A DNA stretch of 64,000 nucleotides from Bacteroidales bacterium (GCA_004558535.1 SFCP01000005.1:11429-75428); one strand, 5' to 3'; counted from the stretch's first letter, positions 9,081 through 20,562 are shown. Notes: generated by a model from the letters alone, not told the origin. Numbers and translations: made by a program.

Positions 9081-9548
9081 ATGACAGACAAGAAATTAGT
9101 TACCGACTTGGTGAACGAATGGCTCGAGGGCAAGGAATACTTCCTGACCGACGTGAACATTAGCCCCGACAATCGTATCGTGGTGGAAATAGACCACGAG
9201 GAAGGCGTTTGGATTGAGGACTGCGTAGAACTGAGTCGCTTCATCGAGGCCCATCTGGACCGGGATGAAGAAGATTTTGAGTTGGAAGTGGGCAGCGCCG
9301 GTATCGGACAGCCTTTCAAAGTGCTGCGCCAATATGAAATTCATGTGGGCGAGAGCGTGGAAACCCTTGCTGCGGACGGCCGGAAGTACACGGGACTCCT
9401 GAAGGAGGTTACCCCTGACTACTTCGTCGTGACGGTTCGCGAAAAAGTGAAAGAAGAGGGCGCCAAGCGGCCGAAAATGGTGGACCGCGATGTAATCCTG
9501 CGCTACGATGAGGTCAAATGGACCAAGTACCTCATAGATTTCAAGTAA
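9081..9548 (+). CDS. rimP: Ribosome maturation factor RimP
   Basis: GVWIEDCVELSRFIE, FELEVGSAGIGQPFK; first gene before nusA. Confidence 0.95.
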   Translation: MTDKKLVTDLVNEWLEGKEYFLTDVNISPDNRIVVEIDHEEGVWIEDCVELSRFIEAHLDRDEEDFELEVGSAGIGQPFKVLRQYEIHVGESVETLAADGRKYTGLLKEVTPDYFVVTVREKVKEEGAKRPKMVDRDVILRYDEVKWTKYLIDFK

Positions 9549-9776
9549 CAGCAAGACGCTCCCCGTAGGCCAAAGAGCCTCCGCGGGAGTTTCCTGCTTT
9601 CGGGCGGTAACCCCTGCCCCGAGGCGGAATAATCAATCAATAACAAAGCAACCCGATACAGGCATCGGCGTAACCGAAATGGCGAGAAGCGACAAGTAAG
9701 TGCTCCCTGGGCGCTCCCTTGTGCGGAATGATGGCGACCCGGTGGACTGGCGGGATAAACACTCCTATTAAAATTT

Positions 9777-11042
9777 ATGGCTAAGAAAAAAGCGGAGACC
9801 ATGAGTCTCATCGAAACTTTCTCAGAGTTCAAGGAAACGAAAAACATCGACCGAACCACCATGGTGGGCGTGCTCGAAGAAAGCTTCCGCAGCGTTATCG
9901 CTAAAATCTTTGGCTCCGACGAAAATTTCGACGTAATCGTAAACCCCGACAAAGGCGACTTTGAAATCTATCGCAACCGAGAAGTTGTGGCCGATGGCGA
10001 GGTGGTATCGGAAAACAGGCAGATATCGCTGTCTGAAGCCCGCGAAATCGATCCTGACTACGAAGAAGGGGAAGAGGTGAGCGAGGAAATCGACTTTGCC
10101 AAGTTCGGACGTCGCGCTATCCTCACACTGCGCCAGACTTTGGCCAGCAAAATCCTGGAATTGGAGCACGATGCACTCTACAACAAGTACAAGGATCGCG
10201 TCGGAGAACTGATTGCCGCCGAGGTATATCAGACCTGGAAAAACGAAACCCTGCTCATGGACGACGAGAAGAACGAGCTGCTGCTGCCGAAATCCCAGCA
10301 AATTCCCCGCGACTTCTTCCATAAGGGCGACACCATCCGTGCTATCATCGACCGGGTGGACAATACAAACGGCAATCCCAAGATCTTCCTGAGCCGCACC
10401 TCGCCCGATTTCCTCCGTCGCCTGCTCGAAATGGAAATTCCCGAGATTACCGACGGCCTGATTACGGTTCGCAGCATCGCACGTATTCCCGGAGAACGCG
10501 CCAAGATAGCTGTAGAAAGCTATGACGACCGCATCGATCCCGTCGGCGCCTGCGTGGGTGTAAAGGGTTCCCGTATACACGGCGTCGTGCGCGAGTTGAA
10601 TAACGAAAACATCGATGTAATCAATTATACAAGCAATCCCCGTCTGCTTATCCAGCGTGCGCTGAGTCCGGCACAGGTGTCGAGCATCCAACTGAACGAG
10701 GAGGATAAGAAAGCCGACGTGTACCTGCGCCCCGAAGAAGTATCGCTCGCCATCGGTAAGGGCGGTATGAATATCAAACTGGCGTCCATGCTGACCGGAT
10801 ATACCATTGACGTCTATCGCGAAGTGGATGGGGATGAAGCTACCGAGGATGACATCTATCTGGACGAGTTCGCAGATGAAATCGACCAGTGGGTCATCGA
10901 CGCTATCAAGGGCATCGGATTGGAAACGGCCAAGGACGTGCTCAACGCTCCCCGTGAAATGCTCATCGAAAAGGCCGACCTCGAAGAAGATACCGTGGAT
11001 GAAGTCCTGCGAGTGCTTCGCGCAGAATTTGAGGAAGAATAA
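9777..11042 (+). CDS. nusA: Transcription factor NusA
   Basis: FGRRAI, S1 and KH domains, ARIPGERAKIAV, DPVGACVG, SLAIGKGGMN. Confidence 0.98.
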   Translation: MAKKKAETMSLIETFSEFKETKNIDRTTMVGVLEESFRSVIAKIFGSDENFDVIVNPDKGDFEIYRNREVVADGEVVSENRQISLSEAREIDPDYEEGEEVSEEIDFAKFGRRAILTLRQTLASKILELEHDALYNKYKDRVGELIAAEVYQTWKNETLLMDDEKNELLLPKSQQIPRDFFHKGDTIRAIIDRVDNTNGNPKIFLSRTSPDFLRRLLEMEIPEITDGLITVRSIARIPGERAKIAVESYDDRIDPVGACVGVKGSRIHGVVRELNNENIDVINYTSNPRLLIQRALSPAQVSSIQLNEEDKKADVYLRPEEVSLAIGKGGMNIKLASMLTGYTIDVYREVDGDEATEDDIYLDEFADEIDQWVIDAIKGIGLETAKDVLNAPREMLIEKADLEEDTVDEVLRVLRAEFEEE

Positions 11043-11215
11043 CGGGAACTGCCACTCCATGCCGAGCTGTAGTCACAGTGACCTGCCTCTGTCAATCCGC
11101 CCCTCAGACCCTTTTGGTGGCTTGCCGATTTCTCCTGTCGGCTACATAGCTCGCCATGCTCTCTCCCTTAATCCTCAAAACGTTCGAAATCCGAAAAATT
11201 AATCAACCGCCCAGA

Positions 11216-13948
11216 ATGAGTATTATCAGACTAAATAAAGTAATCAAGGAATTTAACGTGGGTCTGCAGACCCTGGCCGATTTTCTCGAGAAGAAAGGCT
11301 ATAAGATAAACGTGTCGCCCAGCGAAAAAATCACCGAAGAGCAATACGAGTTGCTGCGCCATGAATTTGGCGCCGACAAAAATTTGCGTACCGCCGCTGA
11401 AAAAATGCTGCAAGACCGTCAAAAAGAAAAAGAAAAGGAGCGGAAGAAAACTGCTGCCCCGGAAATGATTGAGACACGCGTTCCGGAAAATCTGCGCCCG
11501 CAGGTAGCGGTCGAGGAAAAACCGACTTCGCAGCCCGCAGCCGAACCGGAAAAGGCGCCGGAAGAACCCCAGAAGCAGCCTGCTGCTCCCGAGAAGCCGG
11601 TAGCGGAAACGCCTGCCGTTGAGGTTGCTCCCGGCCCAAAGGAAAAACCCTCCGTCGAGGAACGTGCAAAAGCCATAGGCTCCGAGGAAGACGGCATCTT
11701 CAAGTTGCATACCACCGTAGAGGTGACCGGACCGAAAGTCCTCGGCACCATTGACCTCTCCTCGCTCAATCAAAACACGCGGCCCAAGAAAAAATCCAAA
11801 GAGGAACGCCGGAAAGAGCGCGAAGAAAAGAACAGACAGCAGCATCCGACTGCGGCAAATGGCGAAAAGAAGAAACGCAACCGCATAGGTAAGGAAAAAG
11901 TCGACGTAAATGCTGCCGCAAATCAACAAGGTGGCGAGCGCCGCAAACCCGGACAAGGCCCCGGCGCACCGACTGCCGCACAAGGCGCCGGAAAGCGCGG
12001 AAAGGACCGCAATCGCAAGGCACAGCCCATCGTGAAGACCGAAGTGAGCGACGAGGATGTGGCAAAGCAGGTAAAGGAAACCTTGGCGAGACTAACCAAC
12101 AAGCAAAAGGGCTCGAAAGGTGCCAAGTACCGCAAAGAAAAGCGTGAGCAGGCCCGTGCACAGCAGGAAGAATTGCGACTGGAAGCCAAAGCCGAAAGCA
12201 AAATCCTGAAGTTGACGGAATTTGTGACGGCCAACGAGCTGGCAACCATGATGGACGTGCCCGTCAACAAGGTGATAGGCACCTGTATGAGCATCGGCAT
12301 CATGGTCAGCATCAACCAGCGCATGGACGCCGAGACCATAGACCTCGTGGCCGAGGAGTTCGGATTCAAGACGGAGTTTATCAGTGCCGACGTACAGGAG
12401 GCCATCGCCGTAGAAGAGGACAGCGAGGAAGATCTCCAGCCGCGCGCACCGATTGTGACGGTCATGGGTCACGTGGACCACGGTAAAACTTCGCTCCTTG
12501 ACTATATACGTAAATCCAACGTCATCGCAGGTGAAGCCGGCGGCATCACGCAGCACATCGGCGCCTACAACGTCACGCTGGAAAGCGGCCGACACATTAC
12601 TTTCCTCGATACCCCGGGTCACGAAGCCTTTACGGCCATGCGTGCCCGCGGTGCACAGGTCACCGACATCGCAATCATCATCATTGCTGCCGACGATGAC
12701 ATCATGCCCCAGACGAAGGAAGCCATCAACCACGCCGTGGCGGCAAACGTCCCCATCGTATTTGCCATCAACAAAATAGATAAACCGCACGCCAACCCGG
12801 ATAAGATCAAGGAATCCCTGGCTGCGATGAATTTCCTCGTCGAGGAATGGGGCGGCAAGTATCAGAGTCAGGACATCTCGGCCAAGAAAGGCATCGGCGT
12901 CTCGGACCTGTTGGAGAAAGTCCTCCTCGAGGCCGACATGCTCGAACTCAAGGCCAACCCGAACCGCAAAGCGATTGGCACTGTCATCGAAAGTTCGCTC
13001 GACAAGGGACGTGGTTACGTGGCCACCGTATTGGTGTCGAACGGTACGCTGCGCCAGGGCGACGTAGTCTTGGCCGGTACAAACTTCGGCCGTGTCAAGG
13101 CCCTCTTCAACGAGCGTAATCAGCGCGTACAGGAAGTGGGTCCCTCCCAGGCCGCCACTTTGCTCGGCTTCAACGGCGCACCGCAGGCCGGTGACCAGTT
13201 TAATGTGATGGAAACCGAGCAGGAGGCCCGCGAAATAGCCAACAAGCGCGAACAGTTGCAGCGCGAGCAGGATTTGCGTACGCACAAGATGCTCACCCTC
13301 GACGAGGTGGGACGCCGTATCAAGCTCGGCTCGTTCAAGGAGCTCAACATCATCGTCAAGGGCGACGTGGACGGTTCCGTGGAAGCCCTTTCCGACTCCT
13401 TTATCAAACTCTCGACGGAGACTATCGCCGTCAACGTCATCCACAAGGGCGTCGGCCAGATTTCCGAGAACGATGTGACGCTGGCTGCCGCCTCGCAAGC
13501 CGTCATCGTCGGCTTCCAGGTGCGTCCCAGCCAGATGGCGCGCAAACTGGCCGAGAAGGAAGGCGTCGAAATTCGCCAATATTCGGTCATCTACGATGCC
13601 ATCGAGGAGGTCAAGGAGGCCATGGAGGGCATGCTCGAGCCTGTCTTGAAGGAGGAACAGACGGCTACCGTCGAAGTGCGTCAGGTTTACCACATTTCCA
13701 AGGTCGGCTTTGTGGCTGGTGCATACGTCTTGGACGGCAAGGTGAAGCGTTCGGACAAGGCGCGCCTCATCCGCGATGGAATTGTCATCTTCACCGGAGA
13801 AATCAATGCCTTGAAGCGCTTCAAGGACGACGTGAAGGAAGTAACTACCAACTTCGAGTGCGGTATCAGTTTGACGAACTGCAACGACATCAAGGAGGGA
13901 GACATCATCGAAACCTTCCAGGAAATCGAGGTGAAGCAGAAACTGTAA
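11216..13948 (+). CDS. infB: Translation initiation factor IF-2
   Basis: [34 protein letters not shown]; start set at MSIIRLNKV. Confidence 0.98.
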   Translation: MSIIRLNKVIKEFNVGLQTLADFLEKKGYKINVSPSEKITEEQYELLRHEFGADKNLRTAAEKMLQDRQKEKEKERKKTAAPEMIETRVPENLRPQVAVEEKPTSQPAAEPEKAPEEPQKQPAAPEKPVAETPAVEVAPGPKEKPSVEERAKAIGSEEDGIFKLHTTVEVTGPKVLGTIDLSSLNQNTRPKKKSKEERRKEREEKNRQQHPTAANGEKKKRNRIGKEKVDVNAAANQQGGERRKPGQGPGAPTAAQGAGKRGKDRNRKAQPIVKTEVSDEDVAKQVKETLARLTNKQKGSKGAKYRKEKREQARAQQEELRLEAKAESKILKLTEFVTANELATMMDVPVNKVIGTCMSIGIMVSINQRMDAETIDLVAEEFGFKTEFISADVQEAIAVEEDSEEDLQPRAPIVTVMGHVDHGKTSLLDYIRKSNVIAGEAGGITQHIGAYNVTLESGRHITFLDTPGHEAFTAMRARGAQVTDIAIIIIAADDDIMPQTKEAINHAVAANVPIVFAINKIDKPHANPDKIKESLAAMNFLVEEWGGKYQSQDISAKKGIGVSDLLEKVLLEADMLELKANPNRKAIGTVIESSLDKGRGYVATVLVSNGTLRQGDVVLAGTNFGRVKALFNERNQRVQEVGPSQAATLLGFNGAPQAGDQFNVMETEQEAREIANKREQLQREQDLRTHKMLTLDEVGRRIKLGSFKELNIIVKGDVDGSVEALSDSFIKLSTETIAVNVIHKGVGQISENDVTLAAASQAVIVGFQVRPSQMARKLAEKEGVEIRQYSVIYDAIEEVKEAMEGMLEPVLKEEQTATVEVRQVYHISKVGFVAGAYVLDGKVKRSDKARLIRDGIVIFTGEINALKRFKDDVKEVTTNFECGISLTNCNDIKEGDIIETFQEIEVKQKL

Positions 13949-14158
13949 ACCGCTCCGATGATACCCGGCGATGGGGCGGCCTTGGTGAAAAGGGCAGGCC
14001 CTGTGGCCACGGGCAGATACTACGTACAAGAGAACAGGGCGGGTGGCGTAAAGTCTTCCCGCCTTTGTTCTATCAATGAAGTAGGCAAGGCCTGCTCCGG
14101 CCGGACAGGTGTTGCAAAGCAACTTCCAAGTGGTTGATTTTATAAAAGTTATCCTATT

Positions 14159-14707
14159 ATGTTTATTGACCTTTTTATTTGCGTTCTCCTCGTTTGGGCT
14201 GTCTACAACGGCTGGAGAAACGGTTTTGTCAAGGAAATTTTCTCCACCCTCGGCATCCTGACCGGTTTAATCCTGGCCGGAATTGTCTATGCCGCCTTGG
14301 GTGATGACTGGCTGGCTGTCACGGGCAGCCGGACGAATATGATTCTCAACGTAGGCATGTTTATCATCCTGTGGGTGCTTCTGCCGATAGCCTTGGGGCT
14401 GGTGGCCAACATCCTGACGCGGGCTGTCAAGGGCCTGCAGCTTGGTTTGTTCAACTGCCTGCTGGGAACGGTCTTCAGTGTGGCCAAGTTTGCGCTGCTC
14501 ATCAGTTGTGTGCTCAACATGATGGCCCGACTCGACATTTTGGACGAGAGCAAGACCGCTGAGAGCAACCTCTTCGAGCCGGCTGTGAGCCTGTTGCCCT
14601 TTATTGATCACGAGACAGGGGCTTCCGAGCGGGTGAGCAAGCAGGCCGACACCCTGTGGGTAGACCTTAGTGGCGAAAAGAAATCCGACAAGGAGGAGGC
14701 GCTATGA
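14159..14707 (+). CDS. cvpA: CvpA-family membrane protein
   Basis: Four hydrophobic segments, G.RNGFVKE, LGLFN.LLG..F; lies between infB and sufB. Confidence 0.85.
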   Translation: MFIDLFICVLLVWAVYNGWRNGFVKEIFSTLGILTGLILAGIVYAALGDDWLAVTGSRTNMILNVGMFIILWVLLPIALGLVANILTRAVKGLQLGLFNCLLGTVFSVAKFALLISCVLNMMARLDILDESKTAESNLFEPAVSLLPFIDHETGASERVSKQADTLWVDLSGEKKSDKEEAL

Positions 14708-16185
14708 AAGAACAGGCATCCGACCCCCGTACCCCGACTGCAGCCATGAAAAACCGCGCCGCCCACGAGGCCGTGGCAAAGGCTTACGAATACGGCTTTA
14801 CCACCGATGTACACACCGAAGTCATCGAGCGCGGACTCAATGAGGATGTGGTGCGCCTGATTTCTGAGAAGAAGGGAGAGCCCGAGTGGTTGTTGGAATT
14901 TCGCCTGAAGGCCCTGCGTTATTGGCAGACTTTGCAACAACCGGACTGGGCACACGTCAACCTGCCCGAGATTGACTATCAGGCCATCTCCTACTATGCC
15001 GACCCTACGGCCAAGTCGAAGGGCAGCGACAAGAAGGAAATCGATCCCGAACTGATGAAGACGTTCGACAAGCTCGGCATACCGCTCGAGGAACGCATGG
15101 CGCTGGCCGGCGTGGCCGTGGATGCTGTGATGGACTCCGTCTCGGTCAAGACCACCTTCAAGGAAAAATTGCAGGAGAAAGGCGTTATATTCTGCTCCAT
15201 CAGCGAAGCCGTGCGCGAAAACCCCGATCTGGTGCGCAAATACCTCGGTAGCGTGGTGCCCTATCGCGACAATTACTTTGCCGCGCTCAACAGTGCCGTC
15301 TTCTCCGACGGTTCGTTCGTCTATGTGCCCCGTGGTGTGCGCTGCCCCATGGAATTGTCCACCTACTTCCGCATCAATGCGCGCAATACGGGCCAGTTTG
15401 AGCGCACGCTCATCGTGTGTGAGGACGAAGCCTACGTCTCCTACCTCGAGGGATGCACTGCGCCGATGCGCGACGAGAACCAATTGCACGCCGCCATCGT
15501 GGAAATAATCGTCGGAGCCAATGCCGAGGTAAAGTACTCCACCGTTCAGAATTGGTATCCCGGCGACAGCGAGGGCCGCGGTGGTGTGTACAACCTGGTG
15601 ACCAAGCGCGGGCAGCTTCGCGGACAGAACGCCAAGCTTTCCTGGACCCAGGTGGAGACGGGAAGTGCCATCACGTGGAAATATCCCTCGTGTGTACTGA
15701 TGGGGGATGGCTCGCAGGCTGAGTTTTACAGCGTGGCGGTGACCAACAACCACCAAGAGGCAGACACCGGCACGAAGATGATACACATCGGCCGGGGTAC
15801 GCGCTCCACCATCGTGTCGAAAGGCATTTCGGCCGGCCACAGCCAAAACTCTTATCGCGGATTGGTGAAGGTGGGAAGCCGGGCTGAGGGCGCGCGCAAC
15901 CACTCTTCGTGTGACAGCCTCCTCCTCTCCGACACCTGTGGCGCGCATACCTATCCCTACATCGATGTGCACAACAACAATGCGACCGTAGAGCACGAGG
16001 CCACCACCGGCAAAATTTCCGAGGACCAGCTTTTCTATTGCAACCAGCGCGGCATTCCCACCGAGGCAGCCGTTGACCTTATCATCAACGGCTATGCGCG
16101 CGAGGTGCTCAACAAACTGCCGATGGAATTTGCCGTCGAGGCGCAGAAACTCCTCAGTATCTCCCTCGAAGGCAGCGTCGGATAA
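14704..16185 (+). CDS. sufB: Fe-S cluster assembly protein SufB
   Basis: [60 protein letters not shown]. Confidence 0.97.
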   Translation: MKEQASDPRTPTAAMKNRAAHEAVAKAYEYGFTTDVHTEVIERGLNEDVVRLISEKKGEPEWLLEFRLKALRYWQTLQQPDWAHVNLPEIDYQAISYYADPTAKSKGSDKKEIDPELMKTFDKLGIPLEERMALAGVAVDAVMDSVSVKTTFKEKLQEKGVIFCSISEAVRENPDLVRKYLGSVVPYRDNYFAALNSAVFSDGSFVYVPRGVRCPMELSTYFRINARNTGQFERTLIVCEDEAYVSYLEGCTAPMRDENQLHAAIVEIIVGANAEVKYSTVQNWYPGDSEGRGGVYNLVTKRGQLRGQNAKLSWTQVETGSAITWKYPSCVLMGDGSQAEFYSVAVTNNHQEADTGTKMIHIGRGTRSTIVSKGISAGHSQNSYRGLVKVGSRAEGARNHSSCDSLLLSDTCGAHTYPYIDVHNNNATVEHEATTGKISEDQLFYCNQRGIPTEAAVDLIINGYAREVLNKLPMEFAVEAQKLLSISLEGSVG

Positions 16186-16329
16186 GGCTTGGTGAGCACC
16201 TGTATCCCCCGGATGGCTGCCCGGCGAGGCGGCGCGGGCGTCTCGGTCCTGCATCTGTGCCCCCACAAGCGTTTTACCGAGCCGCCATCGTCCGCCCTCC
16301 GGCGCTGATTTTACCAAGGTCGGCGGCAT

Positions 16330-16640
16330 CGCGCGAAATGTTAAAATGCAATTTGGGTGATTTGCTTTTTGCGAAAAAATATTGTATATTTGCATTGGCA
16401 AACCGAGGACTTCCTGTAAATGCAGGGCTTCCTCGGTTTCTTTTTGCCCGTATTGACCCAAAAACAGGGCCGGAGAGGGGGCAACTACCTGCCGGATAAT
16501 TTTTTCCAAGTGCTTTGTAGTTTTTTCTAAGTGCTTTGTAGTTTTTTCCAAGTGCCGGATAGTTTTTCGCAAGTGCTTTTTCGTTTCTCGGAAACAGCCG
16601 GCGGATTGTAAAGAGAAGTTATAAATGTTAAAGTTGAGGC
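16330..16640 (+). repeat. Dispersed module, copy B: promoter, hairpin and 21-bp repeats
   Basis: GCGCGAAATGTTAA (16331-16344); TTTG (16361), 20 bp, TATATTTG (16385-16392); stem AAACCGAGGA/TCCTCGGTTT (16400-16439) then CTTTTT; 21-mers at 16487-16591; GTTATAAATGTTAAAG (16618-16633). Confidence 0.85.
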
Positions 16641-16966
16641 TCTGGGGAGGTGCGAAATTCCGTGTCGTCACGCTCCAGGACCAAGGGTGAAAAACCGGAG
16701 GGCCGGCGGGGTAAATAGAATGCAGGAAAGTTGTACACAAATGGCTCTTCAGATGGTGAAAAGTTCTTTTTCGGTGGAGCAAATAGCCCTTTTATATCGA
16801 CATTCCTTATTTTTTTTAGGAAAAGATGGGTGTTGTCAAAAATAATTATTAAACTTGCAAAATAAAACATGGCCGAGGGGAGACGGAGGCGTGGGTTCCA
16901 CTCCGTTTTTTCAAGTGCTGTTTAGAATTTAGAACGACGGAACCCCCTAATAAACCTAATACAGTT

Positions 16967-17317
16967 ATGAAAAAGTATTTTTTGATGGCTTGTACCGTAT
17001 CCCTCTTGACCGCGTGTGGTGGTACAGGAAATGATTATGCTGACGAGGTGATTGGTATCTACGAGGATTATGCTGACGAGGTGGCTGATGCTGAGGATGA
17101 AAAATCATTGTCTCGTCTCTGTGAGGATTGCAGCACGAAGCTGAGCGACGCCAGCAAGGATTTCAAGGAAGACAAGACGCAGTTGGAGCGTGACAAAGAG
17201 GACTTCAAGGACGATGCGTTCGACACGGATTGGGCTATAACGGAAGCTGAACAGCGTTATGACTGGGCCGTTCAGAAGAAGAGAATCGAATTGAAAGAAG
17301 CAGAAAAGGACAAATAA
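16967..17317 (+). CDS. Small acidic lipoprotein of unknown function (paralog 1)
   Basis: MKKYFLM...LLTAC-GG lipobox; D/E-rich, probably helical; ends ELKEAEKDK; AT-rich leader. Confidence 0.85.
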   Translation: MKKYFLMACTVSLLTACGGTGNDYADEVIGIYEDYADEVADAEDEKSLSRLCEDCSTKLSDASKDFKEDKTQLERDKEDFKDDAFDTDWAITEAEQRYDWAVQKKRIELKEAEKDK

Positions 17318-17365
17318 GCCGTAAGAAAAATTTATTGTATCACAACCCTTTAAGAAAATCCTGTT

Positions 17366-17716
17366 ATGAAAAAGATATTTATGTTTGCCGCCACATTGGC
17401 TCTCTTGGTGAGCTGCGGAGGTACCGGTTATGAAGCTGCTGACGAGATGGTTAGCCTCAGCGAGGAGTATGCAAGCCAGTTTGAGGATGCCGAGACGGAA
17501 AAGGACTTGGACCGTGCTATGGAGGATTATGGCACAAAGTTAAAAGATTTGGGAGAAGAATACAAGGAGTCGGTTACCGAGTTGCAGCGTGGCTTAGAGG
17601 ATGGCGAAGATGATGCCTTTGAGGCTCAATTGGCTGCCCAGAAAGCAACAGCAAAGGCTATGTGGGCATATCAAAAGAAGCAATACGAACTGAGAGAAGC
17701 CGAAAAGGATAAGTAA
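17366..17716 (+). CDS. Small acidic lipoprotein of unknown function (paralog 2)
   Basis: MKKIFMF...LLVSC-GG; same 116-aa length as paralog 1; ends ELREAEKDK. Confidence 0.85.
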   Translation: MKKIFMFAATLALLVSCGGTGYEAADEMVSLSEEYASQFEDAETEKDLDRAMEDYGTKLKDLGEEYKESVTELQRGLEDGEDDAFEAQLAAQKATAKAMWAYQKKQYELREAEKDK

Positions 17717-17726
17717 ACCCTCAGAC

Positions 17727-17826
17727 ATAGAATTGGCGTTGACCCTCCCTGCGGATGGCCAACGCCTATTTTATGGAAATTACGGCCGCCCCCTGTGTCG
17801 CTGACGATGCGGGGGCGGCTGTTTTT
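17727..17826. terminator. Two hairpins between convergent genes (intrinsic terminator candidates)
   Basis: GGCGTTG/CAACGCC stem followed by TATTTT, and GCCGCCCCC/GGGGGCGGC stem followed by TGTTTTT. Confidence 0.6.
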
Positions 17827-19139
17827 CAGTATGGGCGGGTCAGCGCCTCGCAGACACGGTCCTGAAAGTGGCGCGCCGTGGCGTTTCGGGCCTGTCCTTG
17901 ATTCATGATAGCAAAGGCCAGCAGGTGTCCCTCGGCGGTAGTGGCGTAGCCGGCCAAGGTGCTCACACCCTCCACGGTACCCGTTTTTGCCCGTACGTTT
18001 CCGGCGGCAGGGGTGCCGTGCATCCGTTTGCGCAGGGTGCCATCCGTAGCGGCTACAGGCAATGCCGGGAGCAGGTGGCGGTAGATGGCGGGCGTCCGGT
18101 AGGCATGGCGCAGCAGGGCGACGAGGCATTCCGGTGTCAGGTAGTTGTAGAGCGACAGCCCGCTGCCATCTGCTACTTGGTAGTCGGTGGCCGCGAGCCC
18201 CAGCCGCCCCAGCAGGCTTCCCTCTACGGCCGCCGCTTCCCGTCGTCCGGCACCTGTCGCTTTCTTGTAGGCAGCGATTTGGTAGAACATGCTTTCTGCC
18301 ATCAGATTATTGCTCTCTTTGAGCATCGGCAGCAGGATTTGGTCCATAGTGTGTGTGCGTCGGCAGATTTCGCGGGCCGATTTGCTTGCGCTCCCCTCCC
18401 GGATTTGGCCGGAAAAATCGATGCCGTTTTGGCGCAGCAGGGCGGTAAATTCTTCGGCAAAGCGGTCGCGTCCGTCTATCAGCAAGGGCGTGAGCGGCGG
18501 ATTGTCGTCGTCCCAGCACCAACCCCAGCCTGCGGGCAACCGGTCCTTGCAATGCAAGTCGAGAACCAGGTCTCCGCGGACACTGCGTACGCCCTGTTTC
18601 GTCAGAGAGTCTACAAAGGTTTGCAGGTCTGCCTTGTCAAACAGAGGGTCAAAGCCGGCGCGTACGTAGAGGTGGCCGCGCAGCACAGAGTCCTGCGTCG
18701 CATTGTTTTCGGCGTAGAGGGTGGTGGCAAACAGGTAGTCTGTGCCCAAACAATCCAGGGCCGTAATCGCCGTGACCAGCTTCATGGTCGAAGCCGGACG
18801 CAGACGCTGTTGATGCCCTCGGCTGAAAAGTGGCCGGTCATCGGTTAAGTCGTAGACGTAAAGTCCCAGTTGGGTTCGCTCGAAGAGGGGATCGCTCACC
18901 AGTTCGTGCAGGGCGTTTGCAATGTCCTGCCCCGGCGTGGTACGGAGGTCCGTACTGTCGGTGGGTGCAGGCTTGACAAGGGTGTCTGAGGCCGCCTGTG
19001 GCGCCGCCTGAAGGGTGTCGGGGCGTGTTTCCGCGGGAATTTCATCGGTTTTCGGGCTGGACGCGATGTGCGGGCCGTGGCAGGCGCAGCACCACAGGAG
19101 GATGGCGCAGGGCAAAAGCAGTCGGCGAAGGATTTTCAT
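17826..19139 (-). CDS. dacB: D-alanyl-D-alanine carboxypeptidase/endopeptidase (peptidase S13, PBP4)
   Basis: PASTMK (SxxK), ESNN (SxN), DGSGLS, AKTGT. Confidence 0.93.
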   Translation of the reverse strand: MKILRRLLLPCAILLWCCACHGPHIASSPKTDEIPAETRPDTLQAAPQAASDTLVKPAPTDSTDLRTTPGQDIANALHELVSDPLFERTQLGLYVYDLTDDRPLFSRGHQQRLRPASTMKLVTAITALDCLGTDYLFATTLYAENNATQDSVLRGHLYVRAGFDPLFDKADLQTFVDSLTKQGVRSVRGDLVLDLHCKDRLPAGWGWCWDDDNPPLTPLLIDGRDRFAEEFTALLRQNGIDFSGQIREGSASKSAREICRRTHTMDQILLPMLKESNNLMAESMFYQIAAYKKATGAGRREAAAVEGSLLGRLGLAATDYQVADGSGLSLYNYLTPECLVALLRHAYRTPAIYRHLLPALPVAATDGTLRKRMHGTPAAGNVRAKTGTVEGVSTLAGYATTAEGHLLAFAIMNQGQARNATARHFQDRVCEALTRPY

Positions 19140-19276
19140 GGGCGTTGGTTTGTGGCGGGGTTATGAAAAGCCCGGCGCCGGCGTATGGGGGCGTCGGCGT
19201 CGGGCTGTGGGGTATAGGCATGTAGCATCGGGAGGGGGGCTCACCCCTGCCATTATGGGATGACAGCCTCTCTTTT

Positions 19277-19813
19277 TCAGTTTCCGGCGGTCGTAGTGGT
19301 GGCCGAGATGCCGAGCTTCTTCATTACCAGGTTGGTCACATCGTCCGTCAGGCTTTCGTTGATGAAGATGCCCGAGCCCTGTGCGGCTGTCTTGTCGATG
19401 ATGTAGATGTAGTTGCCTTCCTTGGCCACTGCGCTGACGGCCTCCTGCACTTTCAGCAGGATGGGCTGCATCTTGCGCTGTTGTTCGTCTTGCAGAGCCT
19501 TGGAGTTGTCTTCGTAGGCCTGCTGCAGTTTTTGCTGCATATCGACCAGTTCCTGTTCGCGGCGCTGGCGGATGTTCTCAGGAGTTTTGTCGTTGACTTC
19601 AGTCCTGAATTTCTCCAATTTAGTCTGGTACTCGCGCTGCATATCGGCGAAGTCGTTCTCGTAGTTTTGGGCAATGGCCTGCAGTTCGTCCATGGCAGTT
19701 TTGTAGTCGGGCAATGCCTGTACGACAGCCTGGTAGTCAAATCGGCCGAATTTCTGAGCCATCATGCTCAGAGGCGCTGCGCAGAGGAGCAGCAAGAGAA
19801 TTTTCTTAATCAT
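19277..19813 (-). CDS. ompH: OmpH/Skp periplasmic chaperone (second copy)
   Basis: Signal peptide, AQKFG, coiled-coil body, Y.YIID, DVT..VMKKLG. Confidence 0.9.
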   Translation of the reverse strand: MIKKILLLLLCAAPLSMMAQKFGRFDYQAVVQALPDYKTAMDELQAIAQNYENDFADMQREYQTKLEKFRTEVNDKTPENIRQRREQELVDMQQKLQQAYEDNSKALQDEQQRKMQPILLKVQEAVSAVAKEGNYIYIIDKTAAQGSGIFINESLTDDVTNLVMKKLGISATTTTAGN

Positions 19814-19942
19814 TGGTGTTTTTGTTATTTTGTGAATTGTATTTGCTTGTGGCGGTGGGGCTTCCCGTCAGCATGGGCTGCCGGTGGGTGGGGCCTATGT
19901 GCTTCCTGCGTGGCAGCAGAAACGGGTGCAAAGGTAGGAAAT

Positions 19943-20458
19943 TTATTTGGAATAGCCCAATTTGGTAAGTACCTCGTTGCTAATGTCTATGGCGGGCGAA
20001 GCAAAGATGATGCCGTTGTCGGACGATCGGTCCAGGATGAGCTGGAAGCCTTTGGTCTGTGCAATTCCCTTGACGGCGTTGTAGATTTCGTCCTGTATAG
20101 GTTCCATCAGGCTTTGGCGTTTTTTGAAGAGTTCGCCTTCGGGTCCGAAATACTTCTTTTTCAGGTCGGCTGCTTCCTTTTCTTTGTTTACGATAGCGTC
20201 CTCGCGTTCTTTCTTTTGGCTTTCGGAGAGGAACATAGCTTCGTTTTGGTAGTTTTTATAGAGGGTTTTGGCTTCCTCGTCCAGGGCTTCCACTTCGCTT
20301 TGCCAGCGCCTTGACAGCTGGTTGAGCTGTTCGTTTGCCCGTTCGTAGGCGGGGATGTTGCTTAGGATGTACTCCATGTCAATCAGGGCGAACTTTTGCG
20401 CCGATGCGCTCACGCCGAATAGGCCCAGAAGGCAGGTGATAAGGAATAGCTTTCTCAT
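19943..20458 (-). CDS. ompH: OmpH/Skp periplasmic chaperone (first copy)
   Basis: AQKFALIDMEYIL..IPAY, YFGPEGELFKKR, DISNEVL.KLGY; directly after bamA. Confidence 0.93.
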   Translation of the reverse strand: MRKLFLITCLLGLFGVSASAQKFALIDMEYILSNIPAYERANEQLNQLSRRWQSEVEALDEEAKTLYKNYQNEAMFLSESQKKEREDAIVNKEKEAADLKKKYFGPEGELFKKRQSLMEPIQDEIYNAVKGIAQTKGFQLILDRSSDNGIIFASPAIDISNEVLTKLGYSK

Positions 20459-20562
20459 AACGTTGATTTTTTATTGGGTACGAATCATAATATTGGCCGT
20501 GGACTTCACGCCGTGGGAGGCGGGTGTAGCGGTGCAGCGGCTCTTTGTTTGGATTGCTTGGT

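Noticed and set aside
9549..9776. Long rimP-nusA and nusA-infB spacers as hidden genes or RNAs
   Set aside because: Only weak GC-rich stems; no convincing ORF, promoter or repeat-family match.
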